64,000 nucleotides of DNA. Origin: Macrostomum lignano. Taxonomy: Eukaryota. The notes under the pieces were generated by a model that did not search any database, had not been told where the DNA came from, and saw nothing but the letters and a program-made list of their open reading frames with translations. The DNA lies in the NCBI GenBank assembly GCA_002269645.1, contig NIVC01002078.1, positions 62,001 through 126,000 of the forward strand, given 5' to 3'. Numbering within the stretch: position 1 is the stretch's first letter; each line of letters begins with the position of its first letter. A program made the translations under genes and the position numbers. This document shows positions 11,151 to 23,790 of this stretch, one piece after another.

Positions 11151-14100
11151 AGCTAGGGCCTATAGTCCGACGGTTTTTACGATAAGAAAATATGTATTGA
11201 ATCTTACTCAGTTACTGTAAGAATAAAATTCAGATTCCTTCGATTTCCAAAGCAGACACAGTTGTAGGCCTAACACCAACAAAATTTCGTGAAAATCGAG
11301 GAAATAAATTTTAGATTTTCAGGCACAAAATTTTCAGAAAGAAACAAAGAAACCTATCAACGCTTACTTCGTCTCAGCTTAAACTCAAGTCAGACATTCC
11401 AAATCAAAACAGGTCTCAAGTATTTGATGACGTATTTGGGTTTCTTTCTTTCTAAGAAATTGAAACATCGTTTACTTTGAATTAAAAACAAAACTTGTAT
11501 TTAAATATGTGAAAAAAGTGAGAAAATGATTTTTGCTTCAAAAGCAGAAAACAAGGTTAGTTTAAAAAATCTGCATTTCCCTACAGTGGTTTCACGATAT
11601 CGAAAATATGGCTCAAAATGGAAGATTAAAAATTACTATAGGAGCCTCTTCATACAGTGCAGCAGTCGATTCCAGAACCAGAATCGGTTCGGATTTCCAA
11701 GAAAAAAAAGCTTTCTTGCTTTTTTCTTCTTAACTTTGTTGAATGTTTGACTGCCTTAACAGCCTCAATTTGCACAATTTTTCACTTTCTTCTTGGCTAT
11801 TGCCATTCAATAATCACAATTTTAAAGCACTAATATCCCTCTGCTCTAGTTTAGGAGACAAAAAGTTATACTTTACAAATTGGTTCTGGTTCTAGAACCA
11901 GAACAAGCAATATGAAGAGCCTCTAGGTGATCTGATCAATATATCATTTGGCCTATAGACCCATTGATCTTTTACAATAACCAAATCGTCTTAACAAACT
12001 TTTATTTCGAAAATTTTTCTAAATACATTGCCCTATATTGGCCAAACAGGCTAATTGCAATCCAAATTCTTACTACTACTACTATCAGTTCTCTTTCAGG
12101 GCTGTACCTGCTATATGTGACTGTAATGGATGGACGAATCATCTATGAATCCTTGAAATCTCCCAGTCCCATGCATGATTTATCCCTGAAAATCCATGGT
12201 TTATGTATATTCCCAGGCATATTTCACCTAGAATATTCACTATCCATGTCTTTCATGATCATTCACGTTGAGCTTTACATCCACAATCATAATATTGCTG
12301 TTGCTGCTAATGCATCCATGATTATCCATACTACTCGGCACTCGCGTGGTACTATTGATGAGGACGCACTTTTTCCCAAATCCCGCGCTAGCACATGGGC
12401 TCTAAACTTACTTGCCTACTAACAGTGGGCAGTGGGCATTTTTATCATTTTTCTGCGAATTTTCATAGAATCTATACTAGATATAATGTCTGGCCATACT
12501 AGTAGTCATAGTAACATAGGCGTAGCTTTTTGGGTCGTAAATCATCGCTTCCGAAGTTGGTCTGACAGCCACCTGCGCCTCACTCAGTGTTGAGACGGGC
12601 GCCAGATGGTCTGAGAGGATGCGGGCGGTAGCTTTTTTCTCATCATTTTGACAGGCCATCAAGATTTATGAGGTCAGAGCCTATTGTTCGGATTCACTCA
12701 AGCGTGTGACAGCTTTGACAGCTATGCGTTTTACCCCTAAAAGTACCTTGGGATTAGCGATTAGCGATTTCTCTTCATTATCTTCACTTTCTATTTAATA
12801 AGAGCTTTCTAATGTATATTTTTTCGTTAATTTCTGTCAATCCTACGCGAAAAGTCATAAATCATTTTGTTGCGATTTTGAGTGATTTACGGCCGCACCT
12901 GTCATCTTTTTACGACCCTGTGGGAACTGATAGGATCTCTCGGTCACGTGATTCTGGGTAGCAACGAGCTTAGCCAATCAGAAAATTCGGCGCTCATTTT
13001 AACAAAACGGCTCAGCCAATCAGAATCGACGTGTTCCGTTATAACAAACTGCGGTCCAGTTGGCGGCTATTTAAACCGGAGTTTTTGGCCCGCTCGGACA
13101 CTACTTCTTCTTACTTTGGCTCGGGCCCAGCGCGCAACTTCTGGTTCCCGGAGCACGACCGTCGTTTCTTGATCCCCGGATTGCAACTTCCCCCATCATC
13201 ATCAAGGACGAGTCCCCCGGTCGACAGCAGCGAACATCCAGTTAAGAGCATCACCTGCTAGCTAACAGCGAAGATTGTGACAGCATCATCCCGAGTCTAC
13301 AGCTGCAGAGCATCGAGCCGATTCGGTCACTGTGGAATACCTGGTCTCCGGCTGTTGAGTTTCTGATTGGTTGGGTGAGAGGCTACCTAGACTTGCTTGA
13401 TTGGGTGATCCCTTTTCTGTCCCCTGTTGCAGTAGCTGAATTAGGCGCACACTTTTGCTCATTTTGTTCAGTAGTGCTGTTGCTGAGGCAGAAATCATTC
13501 AATAATACTGCCAGTAGTCTAAGACTCCAATTCAATCTAAAGTGTGAAGTGAATTAAGGAGAAGGTTAAATCTAACAGTTATCTTTGTCGGCTTTATTTC
13601 TTTGTTCGCCGATGGCTCAGATGAGTAGCTAAGCTAGTAGGCGCCGGTCACAGTGGACCAATGGCAAGGCAGTTCTCAGTCGACCAATCTAACAAATCAG
13701 TGAGCAAAACTACCAAAAGTGCAGAATCGGCGCCAGAGATGTACTTTGTGCACTCTAGGGTAGCCAAGCGGCTCGGGTAAATGAATCATGCGGTCTCTGA
13801 AGTTCGAGTTAGCCTATCATCAGCGCTATGAGAGGCTAGTTGGCGCGTTGAAGGCTAAAAGTACATATATTCGTATTTAGCAATGTAATAGTACATGTAG
13901 CTACCCCATAGACTCGCCACCGCAAGAATCCCCTGCACAAGTCCCCTCTGTACCTGCATGGCCAACGCGATCTAGTCCCAGCAGTGTCCCTTATCATCGG
14001 CTATGACTTCGAGATTGACAGCAAAAAGACACTAGTTGGCAGGTAAGTGCAAAGCCCCTTCTAGTCGGAAGCCCGATTTCGAGAGTCCCGGTGTGGTGAG

Positions 14101-14819
14101 CCAGGGCGCACGGGCTGGTGGCAGCAAGTTAGTTGATCTGCGGATTAGCTAATTTCTACTTTCAAAATTCTCCCTGCTCGTCTCTCGCTGTCCCTCTCTT
14201 AGCTATAGGACCTAGACTGCTCGCCACACGATCAAGCTACCATGGGGCTGACCATCTGACAGGAGTGGGGGGCCAGGTCTCTAATTGATTTATTTCTGAG
14301 CCTGAGGCCCGAAGGCTTCCCTAACAAGGAGTCCGAAGGTCGAAACCCATCACTATATTGTATAGCTACTATATACTAGGCTTTATCTTCATGATGACTA
14401 GGGCCTACTAGTAGGACTATCTTAAAACAATTCGCCGGCATCGGCGCATGACCAAGATGGCCACACACTAAGATGGCCACAGCTCTGAATGGCTGCTTGG
14501 ATAGGAATAGGTCTATATATTTCCTCATTTCCTATTGGCTGTGATTGGGGTGGGGTATGACCTAGCTTCAAGTCTCGGAGAAGACAGATTTCGTTAGTGA
14601 AATTAGACTAAGTAAACCAAAACACTTCCCTTTACAGCAGGTATTACTACCTACTAAAGCTAGTAGCACTACTAGCACAAGACATTTGATTTTTGTATCA
14701 TGGATAATAGTTTCAAACCTATCTTCAATATACTAAAGACTGACGTGTTGTTTGTATATGTTAAAAGTTAAAAGTAGAGGTTAAAGGTATTAGTTATGAT
14801 AGAAGTAAGCAAAATTGGA

Positions 14820-15563
14820 GTGCCCTCTTATCTCTGATCTTTTCTCTGATCTGCACTCTCGTCTCCTATCTTTTCTCTGTCATCTCCGCCCTCTCGTCTC
14901 TAATCTTTTCTTTCTCTCTCTCATCTCTGCCCTCTCCTCTCTCATGTCTTGCCCTCTCCTCTCTCATCTATTCTCTCTCATGTCTGCCCTCTTCTCTCTT
15001 TTCTCTCTCATCTCTGCCCTCTCCTGTATCATCTTTCTCTCTCTCATCTCTGCCCTCTCCTCTCATTTCTTGCCCTCTCTCTCATCTATTCTCTCTCTCA
15101 TGTCTGCCCTCTTCTCTCATCTTTGTTTCTCATGTCTGCCCTCTCCTCATATCTTTTCTTTCTCTCATCTCTGCCCTCTCCTCTCTCATCTCTGCCCTCA
15201 CCTCTCTCCTCTCCTCTCTCCTCATCTCTATCCTCTCCTCTCTTCTCACCTCTTTGCTCTCATCTCCCTTTTCCTCTTCATTCTCTTCTCCCTTTCCTCC
15301 TTTCTCCTCTCCATTAATCTCCCTTCTCCTCTCTCTCCGCTCGTATTTAATCTCTCCTCTCATCAACTCTCTTCTCCTTTATTCCTTCGCCTCTCCTTTT
15401 TATCCTATGCTTGTATTTCTCTTCTCTATTCCTTACCCTCTCTCCTCACCTCTGGCCCGCTGTCATCAGGACTCCTCGCTTCGCTTTGAGGGCCAGCGAA
15501 GCGGACTAGAAGGGCAGTCATGAGCTGGGTTCTCAATCGAGGTAAAAAGTTTGCCAACCCCTG
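14820..15563. repeat. CT-rich low-complexity tract ending in a hAT/Charlie-like MITE terminus (AAAAAGTTTGCCAACCCCTG)
   Basis: Degenerate TCTCTCTCATCTCTGCCC units, then GGCCCGC and a terminus typical of Charlie-type MITEs. Left end not found. Confidence 0.55.
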
Positions 15564-16517
15564 CACTAAAAGCACCTGGCTTAGTCACATTAGATAAAAA
15601 CTACATGTATAGTGGAATGGGATTGAGAACAACGTGAACCAGCCTCTCTACTCTGAACCTCTCTACTCTCAGCCTCTATCTACTCTCAACCTCTCTATTC
15701 TCAGCCTCTCCACTGTCAGCCTTACCATAGGTAATAGGAATAGGTAAATAAAGAATGTATATTATATAGAAAATATATTACTATTTGAGGAGACAATTCG
15801 AAAAAAAAATTAACCTACCTAAAATTTCTAAAAAGACAATAATCATACATGCGCAACAGTTGGCTGAGTGGGCAAATCTGGCCAACCAATTTGGTAGCCA
15901 ACCAAGGTAAGTTGCAAAAATGCCCAACCAAATAAATACCCTAAGTAGATAACGAGGCATTTTGCCTTAATAAGACAGTTATAGTTACTCCTGCCGTTTA
16001 CTCAAAGTTGCGTTTTTTTGCTTAAGGTTTCTTTTATATGTAAGTCGCATATTTGGCCCAAAACTATGTCACATTTTTGTTAAAACTAAGTCTCACGGAC
16101 GACCGAATTTTAGAGGTTGCGCATGTATGACAATAATCTTAATAGATAAGCCTAAGGAATAAGACCAAGGTAGCAAAATGGCCATAGGCATAGCTGGTAG
16201 CTGGCTGGGAGTAAGGTAGGGGTTATAGAAAATGACAAAGTAGAAAACAGACAAAGTAAACATGTTTATTATTATGCCTAAGGCTTTTATGCTCTTCCAT
16301 ATTTTTATTAGCTTTTGTTATTAGTTGCTTTTCAATGTCATTTTATACAATTTTTTCTTTTGTTATATTTCTTTTTGCATATTATTCTTATATATGAATA
16401 GCACTCATAAATAGCTAGCTACTCAAATTGGGGCTCTATTTTTGCATTTGTACTTTTGGCCTTATTGGTTGACTATAGAAAATCAGAGGTTGGTATATTC
16501 TGCTTCATTCCAGAAAC

Positions 16518-17707
16518 ATGGCAAACTACTATGTTGTACAAGACTATAAGTCACAAAAGATAACTGTTGTGGATGCCGTCAGCATTCAAGAGGTGCAGCC
16601 TCAGCAGAGTACTGTCATGCCAGGTGCACGTTCAACCTCGATTTTATTGGGGTTTGGCACCCATATCAAAGCTGCACCATTTGGTACATATAAGCCGGAC
16701 ATGTCGGCACGCGTGTTGTGTGGTCCAATTGATCGGAGAACTGCCTGCAGGGTAGAGGTTGCCATCCGGTTGCTGTTAGAAGAAGTGGCGGATGCCAAGG
16801 AAGCTGGAAAGCTGGCTGCTTTACAAACAGAGTCGAAGCAGCTGCGTTGTCAACTTCGTAAGTCACAGGAGCAAGTCCTGCTCCTCGAAGAGGCTTTGGC
16901 TGACAGTCAGAAAAGAGTTGAGCAGTTGGAGAAGGAAGTGGGGCATTTGGTATGCGAAGCAACTGAGAGAGGGGACCGTCTTGCCCTTCGAGGTGACATC
17001 GACAAGTTGAGATCAGACTTGATGAAGCAGCTGCGAGGGAGCAGGCTAAGACAGTGGTTGCTAGCAACACCTTCCAACCAAACGTGAGCATCTCCGATGC
17101 ATCCCAGGCGGCTCCTGTTGGTACAGACTCGCTGCATTCAACAGCTGGTTCTGATCGGCATCAGCCTAAAGACACTGAATTGATGCTCGTATCAGTGTAT
17201 CACGAAGATCTACTGAACTCAACCCAGTTGCAGGTCATCGAACTGAGTTCCGACGGAGTACCTGTGACTCAGGGTGCAAATACCAGTGTGACAGTCCCAA
17301 CTGATGCTTCGGCCGATATCATCATTCCCGGCGATATTGCGGCTTCGTGTGCTCAGCTGCTAGTTGACGGCAAGCTGCAAGAAGCTTTGAAGATTGCGCT
17401 CCCAGCTGTCTTCAGCAATGAGGAGATGCTGGAGCCGGCCGCAACATCTTCCATTCTTCAACAGAATAAAGACTTTTCAACAAAGCCATGCAGGCGAGCG
17501 CTTACGCTGGTTAATTATCTGATTCACACATCGAGGCTGCCGTTGACCCAGGAGGATGTCATTAAGAAAATGGGAAAAGCGTTGCGAGCATACCGTGACA
17601 AGATGGCTAGGAGACGCAGGAGCTACCCAAGGAAGCCGAAAGTTCCGAGAACGGAGCGCAACCTGGAGGGAGTCAAGGAGCAAGCAGCGCAGTCCGCCCA
17701 GAAGTAA
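16518..17707 (+). pseudogene. Coiled-coil plus putative C-terminal BEN-like domain protein, split by one frameshift near 17035-17085 (ORFs 16518-17087 and 17054-17707)
   Basis: Two overlapping GC-rich ORFs; the second frame is open upstream of its start. Heptad-rich segment LQTESKQLRCQLRKSQEQVLLLEEALADSQKRVEQLEKEV. C-terminal ALKIALPAVFSNEEM...ALTLVNYL...EDVIKKMGKALRAYRDKMARRRR resembles the BEN pattern by eye. Splice acceptor (TTCATTCCAG) lies just before the ATG. Confidence 0.5.
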
Positions 17708-17752
17708 GGAAGCTCTGGATAATTAGATAACCTCTCATCTTCCCCTTCTCTT

Positions 17753-17785
<33 letters not shown>

Positions 17786-18679
17786 ACCTCTCTCCCTCTC
17801 CCCCAGTCTTTCTCTTCTATGCGACGTTGCCCGGTGCCAACTGGAAAGCACCGGTGCCAAATGCTCATTGCAGGGAGACAATTTTCTCCTGGCAAACGTT
17901 ACTAACTGAACATCCCGGCAAGATTTCATGCTCTTAAAATTTGTCTCTGGGTAGAGATAGACAGGGAAAAATTCATTGTCAATCTTACAAGTCGTCATTT
18001 AAAAGTTAAGTCGTTTGTTGACGCTCATTGCATTGTTAATTTTTCCGCCCGGCTGTTAAGTTATTAAACAATTATTAATTGCTTCCCGAATTTCGACTTA
18101 TATATCCTGCTTGCTGTTGGTCGTTTTTTTGCTCTTTTCTACTGTATTTCATGAATCATTTATTCATTCATTAGGCTGCTTTAGCTACAAAACTGGCTGA
18201 AATACATTTATTTTGTAAACGGACTGTTTCTACTGTTTAAACCGTAGATATTATGATAATATCTGTCTAATGTGTATCCAAATTTATTTAGCATTCTTAA
18301 AATACCAAAGTTTTGCATGCTGTCCGTTAAAAAGTGCTAAATTCTCTCACGGCGCTACTTGCTTAAAGTCAACAAAGTTTGGCACAATGCTGCCTGCTTC
18401 TTGGCGGCCTCTGATTGGTCCAGACGGCAAATGATAACGACAGTGTGACGACAAGCGATGGCAGGATGACGGACAGCGAAGACTTGTCATCTTTTCGTCA
18501 TCAACCTGTCGTCGCTGCTAAATATTTTCCAGCGGGATAGTTCTATCAATATGCGAGTAGCTCGAATAGCGAAATCATTTTGTGCAAGCAAGTGTTTTGA
18601 AATTACTTGACGTTGTGACCTCATAACAATTGTGACGTCAAGACGTTGTGACGTCGGTGACGTTGTGACATACGCGATC

Positions 18680-19289
18680 TTCTCCAGCTCGATTACCTCC
18701 TTCAGCTGGCGCATTGTGACAAAATAGGAGTCCATCGTTAACGTCCGCTCTTCAGGCAGCCACTCGATCAACAGCACCCTTATCCCACAAGATGGTGGCC
18801 TGTCCGCTTCTTCCTCAATGACACCGTCGATTCACGGAGTGGGCTCATCGGGACGCTTCCAACTGCATGATTCGAACTTTGGTCTCCGGCTCCTACAGTG
18901 AATAAAACATCGCCTCCTCATCCCCCGTCACGATTGAGTCGAGAAACTCCTCTTTGCGATACTACTACATGTACAACATGTGCAGCAGGTGCTGACAAGC
19001 CAGCATCCGATTGTGCTGCATCTCTACAGTCAAAAGTTTTGGCACCTATCTGGCACAAACTTTCAACATTCCGAGCTGAGCTGTCAGGATGGACTGCGCG
19101 CTGGTATAACTGCATGGTACCACTGGCCTCTGCTACATGTTTTTCAGCAACAGTTACTCGCCTGCCCTCGTCAAGGAGGCTCTAGACGTTATCGATGACA
19201 CTCTGCTAGTGGTGGTCCTGAGTCCACCGAACTGTGAGGTTTGTCTTCGAAGTCACCTTCGCCTCAGAAACTTTGCTTGAAACTGACAT
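18680..19289 (-). pseudogene. Degenerate mariner (Tc1/mariner DD34D-type) transposase fragment
   Basis: Frame-broken translation gives KVCAR*VPKLLT (WVPxxL motif), EFLDSIVTGDE (first catalytic D), EPETK, ATILWDKG-LLIEWLP...TLTMDSYF. Several stops and frameshifts; the 3' catalytic part is missing. Confidence 0.75.
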
Positions 19290-20199
19290 AGCCACTCAAG
19301 GGTGATAAGGAAAACATGTTGCAAATTCTCATAACGCCCTATCGTCCTATCGTTTGCTATGAGACGCAAATATTTACCGCCGACTTGCCAGCGGCTTCAT
19401 TACGGCGTTGAGGTGCCGAATAGTACGTGGGTGTGTGCAGTCGAGCCGCTGAAGTAACAGGCCCAATCCTGCTACTGCTTGCGACTGACTGTAGGGCAGC
19501 CCTACAATCAGAGCTAAGCTGAAGAGGCTACCGCTACAATGTTAGGTTTGAACAAGCGACGAACCCGTAAGGCAGAGAATTCATTGGCCCTAACGGCTGT
19601 CTACTAATCAACGTCTCTTGCAAATGAGCAAATATTGTACATTACAATAGATTTACTGTGTATACATGTACATGTAGATATATAGATAGATAGAAATTAA
19701 ATTGTCTAATTGGTCTACTTAACGCTCGAGCAAATTTTATAGCTATAGATTCTGATGAAACACAGTTAATGCATCATTGTACGACTGGACGCCATAAGCA
19801 AAAATTTGACATTTGAATGCAAATACGAAGTAGAGCTACTTGAAGTACATGTAGATTGATTGCACTTTCAAATGGTCGGGCAATTTTGCTATAAAACAAA
19901 GTTCTTCCTGCCTTTTAACTGCCATAGCTTAAATGTCTGATCAGTTCAAATTTCGCAGACTTGCAGTCTAACGGCTATCGGCTAATTTTCTAAGTTCAAC
20001 TGTGCACAATAATCAAAACGTTCTTGTAACGTTGCCAGTTTAAGGTGGTCCCGCAAAAGGGCCGTTGGACTACAATTTCACTACAATTTCTCATTTAAAT
20101 ATTCTCCAATCTTGTATTCTCACGTTTACTTGTAGTAGCGCCCAGCGAATCTGTATCAATTGCTAAATCACTGCGTACTTTGTAATCTTTGCGTACGGC

Positions 20200-20480
20200 T
20201 GTAGGGTCTCGCGCGATCGATAATTTCTGTTTCTTGTTTTTCCCCCGCCAGCCAATGATAACTCTCCGCATATATTATGCTAACCTTCCTGCGCTCCTTT
20301 ATTAACCCCGCCTGGCGGCGGGCTGGGGTTTTTTTCACTCCCTTTGGTTTCTCCCTGCCTTGCCTTTCCTTCTCTCTCCTTACTCTCGCCACGGCTCCAC
20401 TCCGTCTGGGCCAACCTTGTTTTTCACATTCTTGCTCCACCTTGTACTGCCACGGGCTAACGCCCAATCTCGCCACTACT
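20200..20480 (-). mobile_element. Possible solo LTR (about 280 bp)
   Basis: On minus it starts AGTAGTGG (TGTAG-like), ends CCCTACA and contains AATAAA. No TSD found. Confidence 0.35.
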
Positions 20481-21826
20481 TGTCTGCTTGCCTACTTGCT
20501 ACTCACTGCCATCACTGTGCTCACCGCCATCACTTACTACGTTGCGTCGCCACTGCATCCTTCGTCAACTACTTGACTTCATTTTTTCAATTACTTCAAC
20601 CCGTTGTTGCAGCCGCCAGTGCCCCAGAACGCTATAAGCTTTGTATTGACCTTAACCATATTAATAACGACAATAAACCAGCTTACGGCAGTCCTCTGCC
20701 TTATTACGCCAAGTGCTCCGCTACACAATCCGTTCCGCAAGAATTTGACTTCACAATTCATTTGGGACTACGACGACTTAACGTGACAAGTAATTCTCGT
20801 CAAACGGCCCTTTTGAGGGTTACAGTCACTACACCAATAACGTGACAGTTCTAGAAGCAATTCTCGTCCCAGATGTGTAAAAATCGGTCGTCAGAAATTT
20901 TCTCTTCAAACATTCATAGTAGTGCTCAAAAAAGCATAAATAGAAATGATGTGTGCTCAGATGTGGAATTTTATAGCATTGAAGAATTTAAGCATCTCCC
21001 TTGGCTGAAGAAAACTTTGAATTTGAAACCGAAAATGCGACCTCAGCTTGGTCGTGTTTTGCCATTGCGATGGTTCTTGTGACCGTCTACTCTCAGGTAC
21101 GCTTTGTTGATTGTTGCATTTGGAGTACAGGAGCACCAACCAGAGACAGGGGCAGAGACTGCGGTAACCAATTAACAACTTTGGTGATTCTTATATATAG
21201 CTGGCCTAGAAATTAAGTTTTGAAAGCGCCAAACTTTGGTACAGTTTCCTTAGCCAGATCTGATAATCTTTCTAATACGAGCGTATAATTTCCTTACCAG
21301 TGCAGAGCGACCAACGAGAAATGAATATGAGGCAATTTGAAATGGTGTTCAGGCCATGCATTCTGAACGATCGCTGCCCGCGCGGCATGAGTTACAACAT
21401 AATGAAGGAGCAGGTGCCCGCCAGCCATATGCTGCAGTCATCTAAGAGTATTCGGCTCATTTTGGCGGCATGCCGTCCACCTTGCAACTGCTGCAGATCG
21501 GATGATCCGTGCAACAGGCGCTGCTACTATATGTCCTGTACAAGTCTATGCAGTTTGGCGAGCCCGCTGAATAGCGTCAACTCGCTGCATGCGCGCAGTC
21601 GCTGCGGCGACTTCGAATTACTGACAACGAAATATAATATTTGGAACCACTGAATCCGATCGCAATTATTACTTGACATCTAAAGATTACATGTAAATAC
21701 ATGTACATCGTTTGAAAGCAGAGTGATCAGAAAACAACTGCAGCTTAACATCAATCTAGCATGTTGAATGAGTCTGGTGAACAGTCTGAGTTTGTGTGCC
21801 CATACATGTACATGTATATAAAGCCT

Positions 21827-23790
21827 TGTGGCGGCCAGGCCGGGACGCAGCGCCGTTGCGGTACATTCGCACTCAATTAAATTAACCTTCGGCCGCCTAG
21901 CCGGGAGTGGGTGCACCGCCCGCCGGCTCGCTAAGCCGGGGGGTTGACTCACGCCACGCGCGCACCTCCGCCATGCACGCTCTGTATAAAAGATCCGTAT
22001 GAAAATGGCCTTGAAATTGTTGTCACTGTTCTTCTCGCCGCATTTTCATTTTGCGAGACGCTAAATTGGTGAGCCCGACTGCCCCAGCCGTAGCCGCCGT
22101 CGCACTTAAACTGCCAACCCTTTGGGCTTCCCAGCCTAAGGGCCTGGTTTATACAGGCCGAAGTCTGTATAACACCAAGTATTGCCATGTGTCATCACCG
22201 CGCTCGATCAGCAGACAGCCGAACGGCTTCTCGACGTACTAGAGGCACCGCCGACATAAGAGAAGTATAACGCGCTGAAAACACGGTTGCTCGGCACTTT
22301 CGGCCAGACCCGGGCAACAGAGGGCCAGCCGTCTGCTCAATCTCTCCGGACTTGGTGATCGACTGCTTTCGGAACTAAATGGATGAGATGCTGGCCTTGC
22401 TAGGAGACCATCGGCCTTGCCTCATCTTCGAGGAGTTGTTCCGCCAGCAACTGCCTGCCGATGTCCGGATGGCCATGGCGACCGCTGACTTCAGCGAGCC
22501 ACGCGCAGCAGCGCAGCTGCCGGTGGTTCCCGCAGCCCAGCAGCATGCCCAGTCGGTGGCCACCGCGGGCCTCAGCGAGAGCAACCGCAAGCCCTACCAG
22601 GACCGGCAGCCGCGGCAACGCTCGGAAGACGGCCTCTGCCATTTCCACCGCCGTTTCGGGGCGAAGGCCCGTCGCTGTGAGCCTCCGTGCAGTTTCCAGG
22701 GAAACGGCCAGGCCGGCCGTCGGTGAACGGCTCGACGGCCGGCAGCAACAGTAGCCTGCTCCTCTTTTCGGACGTCCAGTCGGGCCGGCGTTTCCTGGTC
22801 GACACTGGCGCCGAGGTGAGCATTTTACCCGTCACCGGCACCGATGCTCGCCTGCACTCACTGGTCCGCCGCTCTACGCGGCTAACGGCAGCGGCAGCGC
22901 CATCCGCACCTTCGGCACGCGACAGCTCACGCTCGACCTGGGAATCCGGCGCTGCTCCTGGCCGTTCATCCTAGCCGAGGTCTCCCGCCCGCTCATCGGC
23001 GCTGACTTCCTTGGCCACCACGGTCTGCTTGTGGACCTGCCGCACCAGCGGCTTCATGGACGCTCGATCGCTTGCCAGCGTGCATCTGCTAGGCAGCACG
23101 GGGCCCGGACTGCAGCTCACCGCAGCCGCCGCTGCGGATCCGTACAGACAGCTGCTGGCAGAATTCCCGACCCTCACTGAGCCCAGTTTTCAGATAGCAG
23201 AGCCTCGCCACGGTGTGGAACACCACATCCCGACCAACGGCCCGCCGGTTCACGCCCGCCCCCGCCTGCCACCGGACAAGCTGGCGGTGGCCAAGGAGGA
23301 GTTCCGGCTCTTGGAACAGCTCGGCATTGTGCGCCGCTCCCACAGCCCGTGGTCCTCGCCGCTGCACATAGTGCCCAAGGCCTCTGGCGGGTGGCGACTT
23401 TCAGCGACTCAACGACGCCATGCACCGTGCCCCGACCGCTACATGGTGCCGCGCATCCAAGATTTCTCGGCGCGCCTGGCCGGGTGCTCGGTTTTCTCGA
23501 AGATTGACCTGGTGCGTGGCTACCACCAGGTGCCGATGGCCGCCGCCGATGTGCCCAAGACAGCCGTCATCACCCCGTTCGGTCTCTTCGAGTTCCTGCG
23601 AATGCAGTTCGGGCTTAAGAATGAGGCCCAAGCTGTGGTCTACGGAGCGCCCCTCTGTGTGCCTGGCGAGTGCCTGCAGCCTGGCCAGCCTGTCGACGGC
23701 CACGACAAGTTCCTCGCCCAGCTCCGCGGTGCAGTCCAAGCTTTCCTGCCGACGCCGACAACGCATCATGGCAGCCGCCCGACTGTGTGG
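21827..23790 (+). mobile_element. Degenerate, internally deleted Ty3/Gypsy LTR retrotransposon: 5' LTR (~21827-22065), PBS (22067-22079), gag, protease, partial RT, post-integrase fragment
   Basis: PBS TGGTGAGCCCGAC (one mismatch to the tRNA-Trp-type TGGTGACCCCGAC). gag motifs LKLPTLW..P..WF.QAE and CHFHRRFGAKARRC. Protease LVDTGAEVS. RT motifs SPWSSPLHIVPK, KIDLVRGYHQVP, TPFGLFEFLRMQFGLKN. Several frameshifts; no 3' LTR seen. Confidence 0.9.
22699..22743 (+). promoter_or_regulatory. -1 programmed ribosomal frameshift signal at the gag-pol junction
   Basis: Slippery heptamer G GGA AAC (22699-22705) in gag phase, 6-nt spacer, then a perfect 11-bp stem GCCGGCCGTCG/CGACGGCCGGC (22712-22722 / 22733-22743). 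The protease ORF is in the -1 frame. Confidence 0.8.

Noticed and set aside
11640-11925. Possible ~280-bp MITE (CTCTTCATA...TATGAAGAG)
   Set aside because: Inverted match is short and imperfect and no TSD could be confirmed.
14290-14350. CTGAG...GCCCGAAGGC...GAGTCCGAAGGTCGAAAC resembling a hammerhead ribozyme; also GACGAGTCCC near 13206
   Set aside because: The CUGANGA core is not correctly placed before a stem II plus GAAA, and I could not build stems I/III with a cleavage triplet. At best a degenerate relic; needs an Infernal search.
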